A DNA stretch of 64,000 bases, from contig CM102286.1 in the NCBI GenBank assembly GCA_046563655.1, forward strand, positions 14,632,001-14,696,000, read 5' to 3'. This document shows, one piece after another, positions 52,301 through 64,000 of this stretch (the first letter of the stretch is position 1; every line of letters begins with the position of its first letter). The notes below the pieces were generated by a model. That model was given only the letters and a program-made list of their open reading frames with translations. It made no database searches and was not told the origin of the DNA. The stretch comes from Yuukianura sp. NJ FZ-2021. Its lineage: Eukaryota. A program made the position numbers and the translations under genes.

Positions 52301-55300
52301 ACTAATCCCACTTTGTTCAAATTTCGAAAACATTTGTTCCAAAAATAAAATGATTTCAAGATAAAAAAAAAGTAGAAGAAAAGAAAAAAAAAGTGAAAAC
52401 TTTTTGAAACTTTCCCTCCCGAATCTCCGCCCATAAAAGATTTTTGTGTGTCTGGGATCAAGTGGACTTTCATAAATCCTGGAAACTTTCTGTCTCGTGC
52501 ACGCGGGAATTTTTGAATTTTTTTGGCCGTTAAGAGACTCGAGTGCTTTTGATCCTCTGAAAAAAGACGAACTTCCAGAAGCTAATCTTGGCTTTTTCGA
52601 ATTCCGGAGCTGCAGAAGCTGTTTTGTGCTTTTAGCAGAGTTTGGCAGTCGAGGGAATTTCAAATTCCCCGGGAAGGGGCGGTTTGAGATTTTTTTCTTT
52701 TGGATTTTTGCCAAATTCAAAAGGCAAAAGTAGAAAGTGGCCATTAGACTTACTGTATGGAAACGGAGAGGAGGGAACCCAGGAATGTCGCGAGTGATTT
52801 GTCTGCTGAACGTCAAAACCGCCAGAACGAGATCCACGCTTGCTTCCTGAAACGAAAAAAAAGAAGAAAAAAAAAGATTTTTAGAAAATCTGCAAGAGTT
52901 TGAATTTCGATTTTCGGCTGAGTTCGCTTGGTTGCTTTTATTCTTTCCCGGGAAACTTCAATTTCAAACTCTCCCTTCAGTGTCTGTCGATCAATCGCCC
53001 GGAAACAAAAACCGACCAATCGGATCTCGTCTTTTGTTTTCTGCTGCGGTTGTTCAAAACAAAAGAAATTCGGATCGATTGGACCATTCCACAAAAACCG
53101 AAATCCGATTCTGGCACCCTTCCGTCTCCCGCTTTTTTGAAATTCAAAAGACTGAGAGCGACGTGTGTGGAAGTGACAAGTCGCCCGCGTAGAGGCGACT
53201 CGCACTGTCACGTGACCTGTCACTCGCACAATCCAAAAAGATTACAACCAAAACTCTGTTTCCTGTCCAATGAACGGGAATTAAAAATGTTCGTCTGATG
53301 ACCTCTGCTCTCCTGGGAAATGAAAAAACAACTGTCCATTTGAGAATCTTTTCAGAGGGGGAAATTCAAATTGGATTTCTCCATCTGCCAACAATTTCCA
53401 AATGCAAAATGCACAAGTCAAAACCACAAATCCGATTTTTGTGAGTCAAATCCCGGGAAGTGGCCAAATGACACGCGTTGACCTGTGTTTCACTTGACTT
53501 TGTACCTGCGTTGTGTTTTGAAATTCCCGCCACAACATGCGATGTTCTCCCCTGAGATTCCGAGTCAATTGCTTCTAATGGATCTGCGTTTAAGACCAAT
53601 TTCGCTTAATGGGCTTCTGACCCTCCGCAGATCTCTTTTTTGTTCAATTTGAACCTCCAACCACCAATTTCTTCACTTTCAAAAGCCCGGGAGCTTTGAA
53701 CGCTGTGAGCAGAATGCAAATGCGCAGAAGTGGAGCAGAGTGTGGTCGGTTTGGACAGAAACAGAGAGACAAATGGTCCCAATCCACTCGACCGAATTTT
53801 GATGGTCACTTTTCCCCTCTTTTCTTTTTTGAAGTTTCCTCTCTGGGGAAAATGCTGTCTATTTTCTGAAATTCAATTGCGGAAGAAGCACTTTTTCAAA
53901 ATTACGATCATCGATTTCTTTCGGGGCGAGTTGAGAAAAAGGGCGGAAGTGTTTAAAAGGTGCTTGTGACTAAATGAGTGTTTTCGGGTGTGGGAACTCC
54001 TTTTGGTTTTCGATTCCTCTGATAACTCTGATGAGCATCTGACTTTTTCTTCTGAATCAGAGGATTAGACGTGACTAGCGTAAAGATGCTGTCTATTAAT
54101 AGGAATAGCGGATAATAGGATCCATATTTCTGTGCTTGTTTTGAATTGGGCGGGACAAAGGAATTTGAGAACAATCGCATGATGAAGTTCGTCTCTTGTT
54201 CATTATGCAGAAAAATGCTGCGTCTGAGCGTAAGGATCCAATCAGAGTTCTATTGTGTTCTTCTGCGCATGTGCCAAGCATCCAGTCAAGAAAAGCGTCG
54301 CCCCGGGAAACACAAATTCAAAGGAAGTTTTCCTCTTCTGTCCAATTAGACGCAAATCCAAGACACAAAAGACGAAGGAAATGGAGGTGCAGCAGCCATT
54401 GAATTTTGAATTGCGGGAGTTGGCGTGTGTTTGAATTTTTGAATTTTGAAATGGGCGGGAACTGTTGTTGACATGTCATGTGACTCTCATTGTCTTCTGC
54501 TTAAGATGTCATCAATCCCCCATTAGAGTGTCACTCACAAACGAGACGAAAACACGCAGATCAAGAGACACGCCTGGATTCAATTTGAAGTTTGGTTGAT
54601 TCTGCGCATGACCCACCGCACTGCGTCTGTTTCCAAGCGGATGTTCGTGAGTGGTTCAATTTGTGAGTTGAATCTGGTCTTTGTCTTTCGTTGTTTGAAT
54701 TTGTCGGGAGTGTCAAGGGCCCTCTTTGGCCAAGGGCCCTTCAAGTACTCGCATCCAACAAATAAGCTTGTGAGTTTCAAGTTGAAATTTCCCACTCTCC
54801 ACTTTTTGAAAGTATAAACAATGGTTTGAAATTTTGGAAATGTCAAAACAATCGTGTAAATCTCCGAACATGATTCAAAAATTCCTGGGGGAGTTTCTCC
54901 AGAAGTTCATAAAAGTCGAAAATGTTTTTTTGAAAACCAGTTTTTGAACTTTTCCTTTTGTGTTTAATTTTGTTTGTGTTGAAATGGATCTTGCATTGAG
55001 ATGGAAATTGTTGTATTTCCATAACGAGGTTTCACTCTTCGTCTCACTTCCATTAAAATCCATTAAGAAACTGATCAGAGTCTCAAAGAAGACAATGAAA
55101 TTTTTCCTTTTGTTTCCGAGGAGGGAGATTTTTCAAAAACTTTTTATCAAAAATGAAAAAGTTCAAAAATATCGCTGTAGTTTTGGGAGGGGCGGGAAGA
55201 TGTTTGACTTTTGAAGTATTTTGAACAGCGTCTTCCACCGGAAATGTTTTTTCATTTTGGAATTTGTGTTTCTGTGGAGGTGATTGACGTTGGCAGTTGA

Positions 55301-58300
55301 AATTCCAAAGGGAGAATCCAGATGACAAACAGAAATAGAACAGACGACATTCCACAGTCCAACTTTTCTATTTTTTGTCTTGGATTTCGAAAAGTAACAA
55401 AAAGTGACAGTTTAGACTCGTGCACTTTTGTGCAAGGTTAGTTTTTTAGTGCACTTTTTAAATTTTTGCAGTCGTGTGGAGTTGACGTGAGAAGCCTGTT
55501 AGTTTTATGGTGGTTTTAATTTATGGTTCCTCGTAAGAAGTCTCGTAAATCAAATGGAAATCCAAGATTGTTGCCTAGCAACAGAAGATGCTTAGAGAGA
55601 GGGGGGCCCTTAGCAAGAAGAGATGCTTGGAGGGAGGGGGGCCCTTGCGTGCCCTTGGCTGCCAGATGCCTCTAGAATGAGATCCAACCACAAGAAAAAC
55701 AAACAGAAAAAGCAATTCCTTCGATTGAGCCATAAGCAGCCTCTGTCAATTCAAACTTCAAAATCTCCCTCGCTTTTCTATTTTTGAATTTGAGAGTCTG
55801 TTTGCCAGAAACAAAAACAAAAGTTCCCTCCACTTGGCTCCGATTTCATCACTTTTAAAAAGTCCCGGGAAATTCAAAAGTTAAAAGTTAAAAGTGTTAC
55901 CTGCGTCAGAGTGGTTGTCGTTGCTGTGGTGGGAGTTTGGTGGGTGGCTCAGTGGGCCCGGAGTCCCACCGGACAGAGGTGACCTCACATCGTCATTTAC
56001 TGGCCCCGTGTAAGACAGAGAGGAGGAAGGGGGTCTCTGTGAAAAAATAAAATATATTATTAAAAATGAAAATTAAAAACTTCTCCCACGAAATCGTAAA
56101 GTTCTTTTTGAAAAGTTTTTTCCCGCCCTCCGCACCGTTTAATTTCCCACTCAGCAGAGTCCTGTAATTTAAAAAGACAAAAGTGGGCTTTTGTGTTCGT
56201 TTTTTCGTAATTTGTGGGTGGTTTTTGTCATTCTCCCAATTAACAAAATTCCACTTTTTTCAACAAGGCTGTCAAAACGGTTCCGCCCAAACAACAATCA
56301 TCACAATGCTTTTGTTTTCAAAATCCAAACAAAAGTTCAAAGGAATTAACATTGGAGGGTGGATTTTTGGAAATTAATTCAGCGCATGATTCGTCCATTT
56401 GAATTTCATGAGGAAGCAGTCGCGTGTGGTTTTTGTTGCATTTTCTGAGAAACGATGACTTGGCTGAAATTTTGAAATTGAATTCACGCGGCAGTTTTCA
56501 AAAGTTTTTTAACATTCAAAGGCGACTGTGGAAATGGATCGTCATGTTCCGGTGGATTCTGCTGATGTCACTGCGAATATCAACTTCTTTCTTGAAAAAA
56601 AAAGTGAACTGGAGTGGGATTCGATCCCCCGACATCAATGCTGCAGGCGGAGAATGGATCCAAAAGAGCAACAATGGAAATCCATTCGGATGAGTTTGGG
56701 GGATGAAATTTAATGCAATTTGGTGGAACTTTTAACGAAATTCGAGCGTCGAGTGGATTAAAAGACAAAGCGAGCGATTGAATTAGCGCAGCCAAGCTCA
56801 ATTTGCTTCCAGAAATCAGAAGCCTCGAAGCGGGAACTTTCCAAATCCACTTCACACGGAAAGCGGCAAATTTAATTTTCCCAATCAGACACTTCTTCAT
56901 TTCTCTCCAGGCGAAATGTTTCAAAATTGTTCGTAATTTTGAAATTTCATGTCTGTTGTAGTCTTGAAAGTGATACTTTGTGAATTTGAAGAAATTCTTT
57001 TTTTTTTGAAATGTGATTGGATGGCTGGAGAGCGGGGGATTTGAACTCCCCTCCCCATTAATCATGTCGAGATGTTGGATTTAATTAGAAGATGCGAAAG
57101 CGGGGATGCTGCAAGAGGCGGATTTTTACTCATTCCGAAAGCTTTTTCCTGATAAACGGAAATGGCGGGCATTTATCTTCCTTTCCAAGTCTTTTCTTCT
57201 CCAAATGGACTTTTTCTGGAACTTTTGAAATGGAAGGTCAAAGGTCACATCCATCTCAGCCAACTGAATCTCCCGCCCTCATCTCACTTTCTCCGTTCGA
57301 TCGTGATTCAGTGGTCAGTGGGGACACATTCAATGCATTTCAAAAGAGAGTGGATTTTGCCGCCTTTTGATTTTGAATTTGAATAATTCTGAGAGTGTGG
57401 AGTGTAATGAGATGGAAGATTCAAATGTTCGGAGGGTGACGAGGGTGCAGTTGCTCATGAAATGCAATTTCCTTGTTTTTTGAATGAGATTTTGAATCGC
57501 CCGCCAAGGTCCAATTTCAACCCTCCAAAAACTCTTGCTCAACATTCAAAAAGTTTCAAAGTTTTTGAAGTTGGCGCTCATTTGGGGGGACAATGGGAGT
57601 TTGAAGATCCGCAAACGAGGTGCTTCTGGTCGTAAAACATTCACTTTTTCTTCTTTTCTGCGACTGACCTCGAGGCGGGAGTTTTTGAATTCGGAGATCC
57701 GAAAGAGGGTGAATTCCCAAATCCGCTTTTGTGCTTTTTGTGTCTCTCGGCGGGGGATTTTGATTTTGTGACTTTGGGAATCGGATTGCCGGGCATTTTG
57801 CTAAACGCTAATAATCTCCTTGTTTCGAATGTTTTTGTAGGGGAAGAAGGAATGCGAGGCCATTAGAATTCCGTTCGTTTTTCATTAGTCTTTGGATTGA
57901 AATTCGAAAAGACGCGGGAGATTCAATTTCTGTGCTGCTGCCATGTCGTCACGTAGATCCTTGATCTCTGGATGTGTCTTATGAGACTCCCTCCAGGGAT
58001 TCCAAAGTCATAAACGAAGTCAACCTCATCTGTTGCGCAGCACAAATCCATCCTCCTCTACGCACTTTTTCAAAATGTTGTTTTAAATTTCAAACAGGGT
58101 TTGAACAGACTTTTCCCTTCGTTCCATTAGTGAGATGCGATGGATGTTGGACTAATCCGTCTAATCTTTTCATCTTCGAATGGGGGATGCATTCTGCTTG
58201 ATTTCAAATTCTGCCTCCAACCAAATGTGATGCTGGATGCTGTTGGATGTTGATTGGATTCTTAAAGAGTAATTAACGCAATCACTCCATCCGCAATTAG

Positions 58301-61300
58301 CAGGCAACCGCCCGTGGTCCTTGCCCGCGGAATTTGAAATGTTAAGAGTGTTTGAGTGTTGTAATGGCAAGTACAAATGTATCTGCGGAGTATCGCGTGA
58401 TGTGGCCAATGATCGTCCACTTTTGTTTCCCCCCGGGCTCACATTTCCCAAAAACAGAAATTTGATTCTCTCAAGTGCACGAAACACCAAACCTCTTCTA
58501 CTTTTACAGCAGGAACTTTTTCTTACTTTGTTAAATTGAATATAAATAAATAAAATAATAAATAAAATAAATAATAATAATAAACTTACGGGGTCGGGAG
58601 TGCTGGATTCGTCCTTGAGAGAAACGGAGTCGAAGGAGCGGGCGTCTCCGTTCCCGGTCAACTCTGACTTGCTGCCGTCTCTCTCGTCAATCACGAGGTC
58701 AATCGGCATCTTCCCCTTCAAACAACTGATGTAGCGGTGACAGAAGTTGTCACACAGCTCGTGCACCTGAAATTTCAAAATTTCAAATTTAGTTTTTGAA
58801 AATAATTTGGAAATGTTTTTGGAATTTTGGTGAAAGTGATTAATGGTTTTAATCAAGGAAGCGACGTTGCTAAGCTTTATTCTTTTCTTTGTTTATTTTT
58901 GGATTAAAAGATCTGGCAGGTTTTTGGAATTCGGAGGGTGAGGAAACTGTTCAAATATTTTCAGAGTCTAATGATGGAAACGCAAACAGTTTACAGAAAT
59001 TTCTGTTTGAAATTAATTAAAAGTGTGGAAATAGCTGAAATGTCTCCCAATGCCAACTTTAGTGTTAAAGTGAATGTCGTAGGCGACATTTTGTGTGAAA
59101 GTGAATGTCGTAGGCGACATTTCGTCTACGACATTTGGAGTTGCTCCCAACATAACACCAGTTTGTGACAATGGACACAATGGGCTTTTCTGCTCCCTTC
59201 CCCCGACGACCCTCAACTTTCAAGTTTTTGAAAACACCAGAAGAGAACCACAAAATGTTTGAAAAGAGAGCTCCCTTCTTCACCTGCAGTTGACAGCACC
59301 CTCCCCACCCAGCATTCTCACCCCCTCCCACAGGGGGGAATTTTCAAAATTTCAGAAATGGTTGGGAATTTTAAAATTTCAAAAATGTTTTACCTTTTCT
59401 AACTCTAGTAGATGAAATCGTAAGACTTGGATTGCCTGGACCATCTGAAAACAAACATTTTTTAAAACTTGTTCAATCATTTTAAAAACTTTGGCGGGTG
59501 AAGAATGATTCTGGAAGTGAAACATGAAATTCAAGTTTTGTTTGAGATGGCCGAGGGCAGATGATTGACAGCTACAAGAAGTTGAACTTGGTTCTTGTCA
59601 TGTTCAAGTGGAGCCACAAGAACAAACTCCTTTTGTTGATCACGTTGACATTTGACCCACTTCCAACATTGGCCACATTCCAATCACTTTTCGTGTCGTT
59701 TGTTGTTGTGTCGTAAATCACGAGTACAAATTGTGATGGTGGAAGTGGTGGAGTGGCAGGGTGCGTCCAAAGGTGTCTCGAATGGCCCATAAATCCACTC
59801 AAAATGAAATCCAAACTTGTGTTTTTTTTTAGTTTTTTGTGACATGAGCCGAACTTCAACCAAAACCAGTTTCGTATCTTCTTGAATTTTTTTAGTTTGA
59901 GTCAGACGAGTCTCTGCTTTCAAATATTTTTCCACTCAAGAATCCATTGTCTTTTGTCCAGCAGAGGAATGACGCAGGTAGAGACAGCGCATGCGCAGAA
60001 TCACAATGAGCCACTTTGGGCATGTCGTTGAGTGGAAACAAATTCTTGAAACATGATCTCTGTCGGAGTGTTTTCGTGATGGCGGCCATTTTGAAAAGTG
60101 AGAGGTCAAATGGTTCACTTTGCGTTTCTTTTGGATTGGTCACTTCGATTACTGTGATTACTTGTCGATTACTTTGATTACTCACATCGAGGCTGCAATT
60201 ACTTTTGGCCTTTGGGTGTGCTTTATGCATTTCAGAATCATTCACCCTTCCCACCAATTTCAAAATTTGGACGAATGGAAAGTACTTACGAGTGAGTCCA
60301 CTTCTGGATCTGCAATGTAGTACGGCTTCTCCTGCCGAATCTAAAAAACAAAAAGAGATTCAATTTCAAATTCCGTTTTGGCGGGAGATTTTGAAAAAAG
60401 GCGCTGAAGCAGCGAAACCACGGGGGAAATTATCCTCATTTCAAATTCTGTTTTTTAGATTTCGCCTTTTGATTTATTATTCAAACGAACGGCGGGATTT
60501 TCACTTAAGGCTCCCTTCCAAATTTTAAAAAGTCCCCCCTTTCAAAAAAAGTTTGAATTTCCCTCTCTCTTTTCCAGCCTGACTGGACCTCACAAACTCT
60601 TGGAGTCTGCGCAGCAGGGAAGAATTTTCGAATTCTTGGACAGAATCAGGTACCAAGGAAGCTTTTTTTTTCGAAATCTTTTTTTGAAAACTGCGGGGAG
60701 TCTGAATGTCAATCAGCAAAAGTCGAAGGGCCCTTCAAGGGCCCTTCGAAGTCTCTTCTTAATTGGAAACAACCTCCAAATTTCGAAATTTTGTTTTTCC
60801 AAAGTGATCTCCGCCCCTCTGAAGATGAGATTCTTTTGTTCTTTTGTCTCTCTGCAGTCGTAACATGGTCGTAAAGTGAAAATCCTAATTAAAAGATCAC
60901 TTTACGAGATTCAAAGAAAAAAGCGTGCAGTTTTTGTTTTTCTTGTGTCCGAAGGTGATCCACTTCCAAAGTGGATTTTGTCCATGCAAAACCAGAATTT
61001 AGTTTCAGAATTCATTTAACATGCGACGGCCATAAAGACAAGGATCTCATTTCACTTCTAGCAACTCAATTTGTTCTGATTTAGGATTGCGCAGAAGCAG
61101 GAAATTTCAGAAGTGGTGACACAGACGAGGTCAACACAAATGAAATGAAATTTTAGCAACAAATGTTATTTTTAGATTTGTTCCACTTTTGGACAAAAGT
61201 GTTCCAGTTCTGAACAATCTCCACCATTGTTTAAAAAACTAAAAACGTGGGAAAATTCAAAAGTTGATGAAAATATTGTGCTTTTTTGAGTTTGTTGAGT

Positions 61301-63553
61301 GTTGAACACAATCGAAGTGTAAACAGAAGATAAACAGCCTCTGTTTATCCAACCAAACAAAACCACTTATTCACACTCACGAAATTCACAATTGACCTTC
61401 AAAGTCAATTTCAAGTTGGCCAATGTCCAAGTAGAGATGAAAGTTTTTGCAAATGACCAAAAAAGACAAACAATGGAAGATGATTCGCAATTTGAAATGT
61501 CAAAGGTCAAACTGATTTTTTTCCTCGTGAGTTTCATTTTCGTTTGCAGATGAAGACATTAATCTGTCTGTCCACGCAGCGGCACAAACAATTTATTTCT
61601 CCACTGTGAAATTTAACACGAGTCTTCTCACAGATCGCAATTAAGATTCCGATCGAAGTGTGAATTTCAAAAACAACAAATTCCGACTGCAGATTCCTTT
61701 GTGTTTTTTTCATTTGTTGGTTTGTTCCAGTTTCTGCTGGCCATTTGCAGCCGAGGGAAGTTTTTGATTGAAACACAAAAGCTCCAATCAACGTTTCTCT
61801 TTTCCAAATTTCAAATTCAGTTCAATTGACGCTTTGTCTGGAAGAGAGAAGGGGACAGGGGGCCCTTGGGAACAAAACGAGGGACTTTGGAGGGTCCCTT
61901 CAAATTCAGGGTTTCACTTTTTAGGCTTTTGTGTTCAAAATTCGAAGGTTTCGTTTCATAATGGAACACAAAACGCTTTTCAAAAAACTTTTCGGTGGAA
62001 CAAAATCCGAGGAACTTTGCATCAGAATTTGGAAATTTTGTTTCCCATTCCCAGGGATTCTGCATGTGCTGATTGACAGGTGAGAGTGTGGACTGCGTCT
62101 GCGCATAATTGGATTCCTTCAAGATGAGTTTTGTTTGTGGTCGTAAATCTCCTTGATGTTCATGTCGTAAATCACTTTCTTTCCCTCCAGCATCTTCAAA
62201 CGGAGTTTTTCAGCCCTCGATTTTCAAAATTCCTTCCAAAGCAACCACCTCCGCATTCCTTTGAGATTCAAATTCTGGCGCTCTTTTTTTTGGAATCAAA
62301 AGAACCTTGTTCCGATGGACTTTTGTTTTCTTTTGTGAATTTGATGGATGACGAAGGTGAAATGGAGATGAAAAACTTTTGAATTCAAACTGCTCGCGCG
62401 AAAGTCCATTTGAAAATTCACTTCGCAGTGACCAAGCAGAAATTTTTGGATTCTGCCGCGTGTGTCTTGAGGTTTTTACGACGAAGGCTGCAGGGCTCCA
62501 TTGTTCAAACTTTTTTTGAAATTTTCTGGGAAAAGAGATTCCGTTTCCAAAATGTTTCCTTTTTATGGTGATTTTTTGTGAGTTTTTGAATTGTTTGTTG
62601 CCTGTGTAAAAGGGGGGCCCTTGGAGCCTTTTCGTCTGCTCAAGCATCTGGATCACTTTAATTCAGAGTTGTTTGCAGGGGCCCTTGAAGGACCTTAGTT
62701 CGGGTGCTCCTGAGTTGCGTTGAGGCTGTCGTGGTTGGGCATAATGCTATTCATTGAGCTTCATCGTGAGTCCAAGTGACCCTGGATCGTTTGTAAGTCC
62801 CCCCTCGAGCCCTTCGTTTCTACACGCAAGGGGCCCTTATCTTCTGATTCAGCAGAGTTTTTCCTTGGGCACTTTGAGATGAAGATTCAACTGATAAATC
62901 CTGCAGTGGCGGACTCTGAATGGAGGCACTTGAACTGAACATTTTGAACAGAATTTGAAACTGGCCGCCACTGAAACAGCGATGGAGGGACACACAACGC
63001 ATTGAAATGCAGGAAGAGTCGTCTCCCCTGCAGAGACATCCAGACTCCCACAAAACTACTCCCATTTCATCTCGAAATGGACAATTCAACTTATATTTCA
63101 AAATTTCATTTTTATTTTTACCTGTTTTGAAAAAACTGCAATGTCTTCGTTGAATGATTCGGACGAACAGACGTCGCCTCCAGCCACTCCGGGGTCACGT
63201 GGGGTGCATGTCGCCAATTCACACTTTTCAAAAATGAGAGCAAGGAGGGGGAACAGGGGGTGACTGAAAATGAAAAACCGAAAAAATATGAATTTTGAAT
63301 ACTTTATAAAATTTCAAAATCTTGATTTTGAAAGCTAAACTGACCCGTAGATTGCGTCTTTGTCTCTCTTGTGGACATCGGGCACTGCCCCTAGGACGTG
63401 GTTGCCAAGGTTGCCACCGTGGTTGCCATGGAACTGGTGCATGTTGTGGTTCATGTGGGGCGAGGGGTGGGGCAGAGGGGGGAGTGACCTGTGCCCCCCA
63501 TGGGGGTCATACATCCCATCCATGTTCGGATACACTGCCAAACCATCGTCATA
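46397..63553 (-). CDS. hth: Homothorax / Meis copy B (exon 1 would lie beyond the window)
   Basis: Exons 63553-63345, 63263-63122, 60340-60290, 59444-59394, 58766-58590, 56036-55901, [52846-52754], 52024-51876, 49922-49846, 47553-47486 and 46542-46397. All have the same lengths as in copy A and intact splice sites. The protein ends [14 protein letters not shown]. Confidence 0.96.
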
Positions 63554-64000
63554 CTGAAAAGTTAAAAGTCGGAATTAGTTTTAATCCCTCCAAAATGGAT
63601 TTCAAAAGAGCGGGAATTTGAAAATGGGTGAATTTGAGCGTGTGGCTGGAGATTCCATTTTGTCTTTTTAAGCCACACGACTCTAATCCTGTCCCGAGTG
63701 ACAATTCAACTTAAGTGCCAACTTCCTAATTACGGAGGTTTAGTGTCATGGCGGGAATTTCCAAATTTGAAATGTTCATTTCAAATTACGCCACCATGTG
63801 TCAGAGGGGAGATTTTTTCAACATGAAAATTTTAGTTGGAAGAGCAGTTGGTTGATTTTTGGTGAAATTCGAAACCAACCCAAAATCCCACAAAATGCAG
63901 TTGGTTTCTTTCGTGGAAAAAGAGGAAACGCACACTTGAATTTCAACACTTGAAACTTTTTTTAAATTTTGAATTGAAACATTTTTCAAGTGTTTTTCAA
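46430..64000 (-). repeat. Right arm of the giant inverted repeat (runs off the window)
   Basis: Mirror of 21634-39452 with scattered substitutions and small indels. Confidence 0.97.

Overview
Eukaryotic (arthropod-like) genomic DNA with small GT-AG introns; most ORFs in the supplied track are intronic noise. The first ~17.4 kb is gene-dense. It holds a calpain that ends right after its catalytic core, shutdown/FKBP6, an SLC22 transporter, CIAO3/NARFL, a frameshifted p47-like SEP-UBX gene, a secreted EGF-like orphan, a 60-aa microprotein, and a tandem pair of 8-Cys CS-alpha-beta defensin-like peptide genes. The rest is a giant inverted repeat with arms of at least 17.5 kb carrying two convergent copies of homothorax (hth/Meis) around a ~7 kb spacer that contains a secreted beta/gamma-crystallin-like gene. 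The two hth copies are nearly identical, and every exon difference I saw is synonymous, until identity stops abruptly inside the last coding exon. Beyond that point the copies have clearly homologous but old-diverged C-termini and 3'UTRs. This fits an old palindromic duplication homogenised by gene conversion, or an invertible segment that swaps the hth 3' end. A 100-N scaffold gap inside the left arm means an assembly contribution (haplotig joining) must be excluded first.
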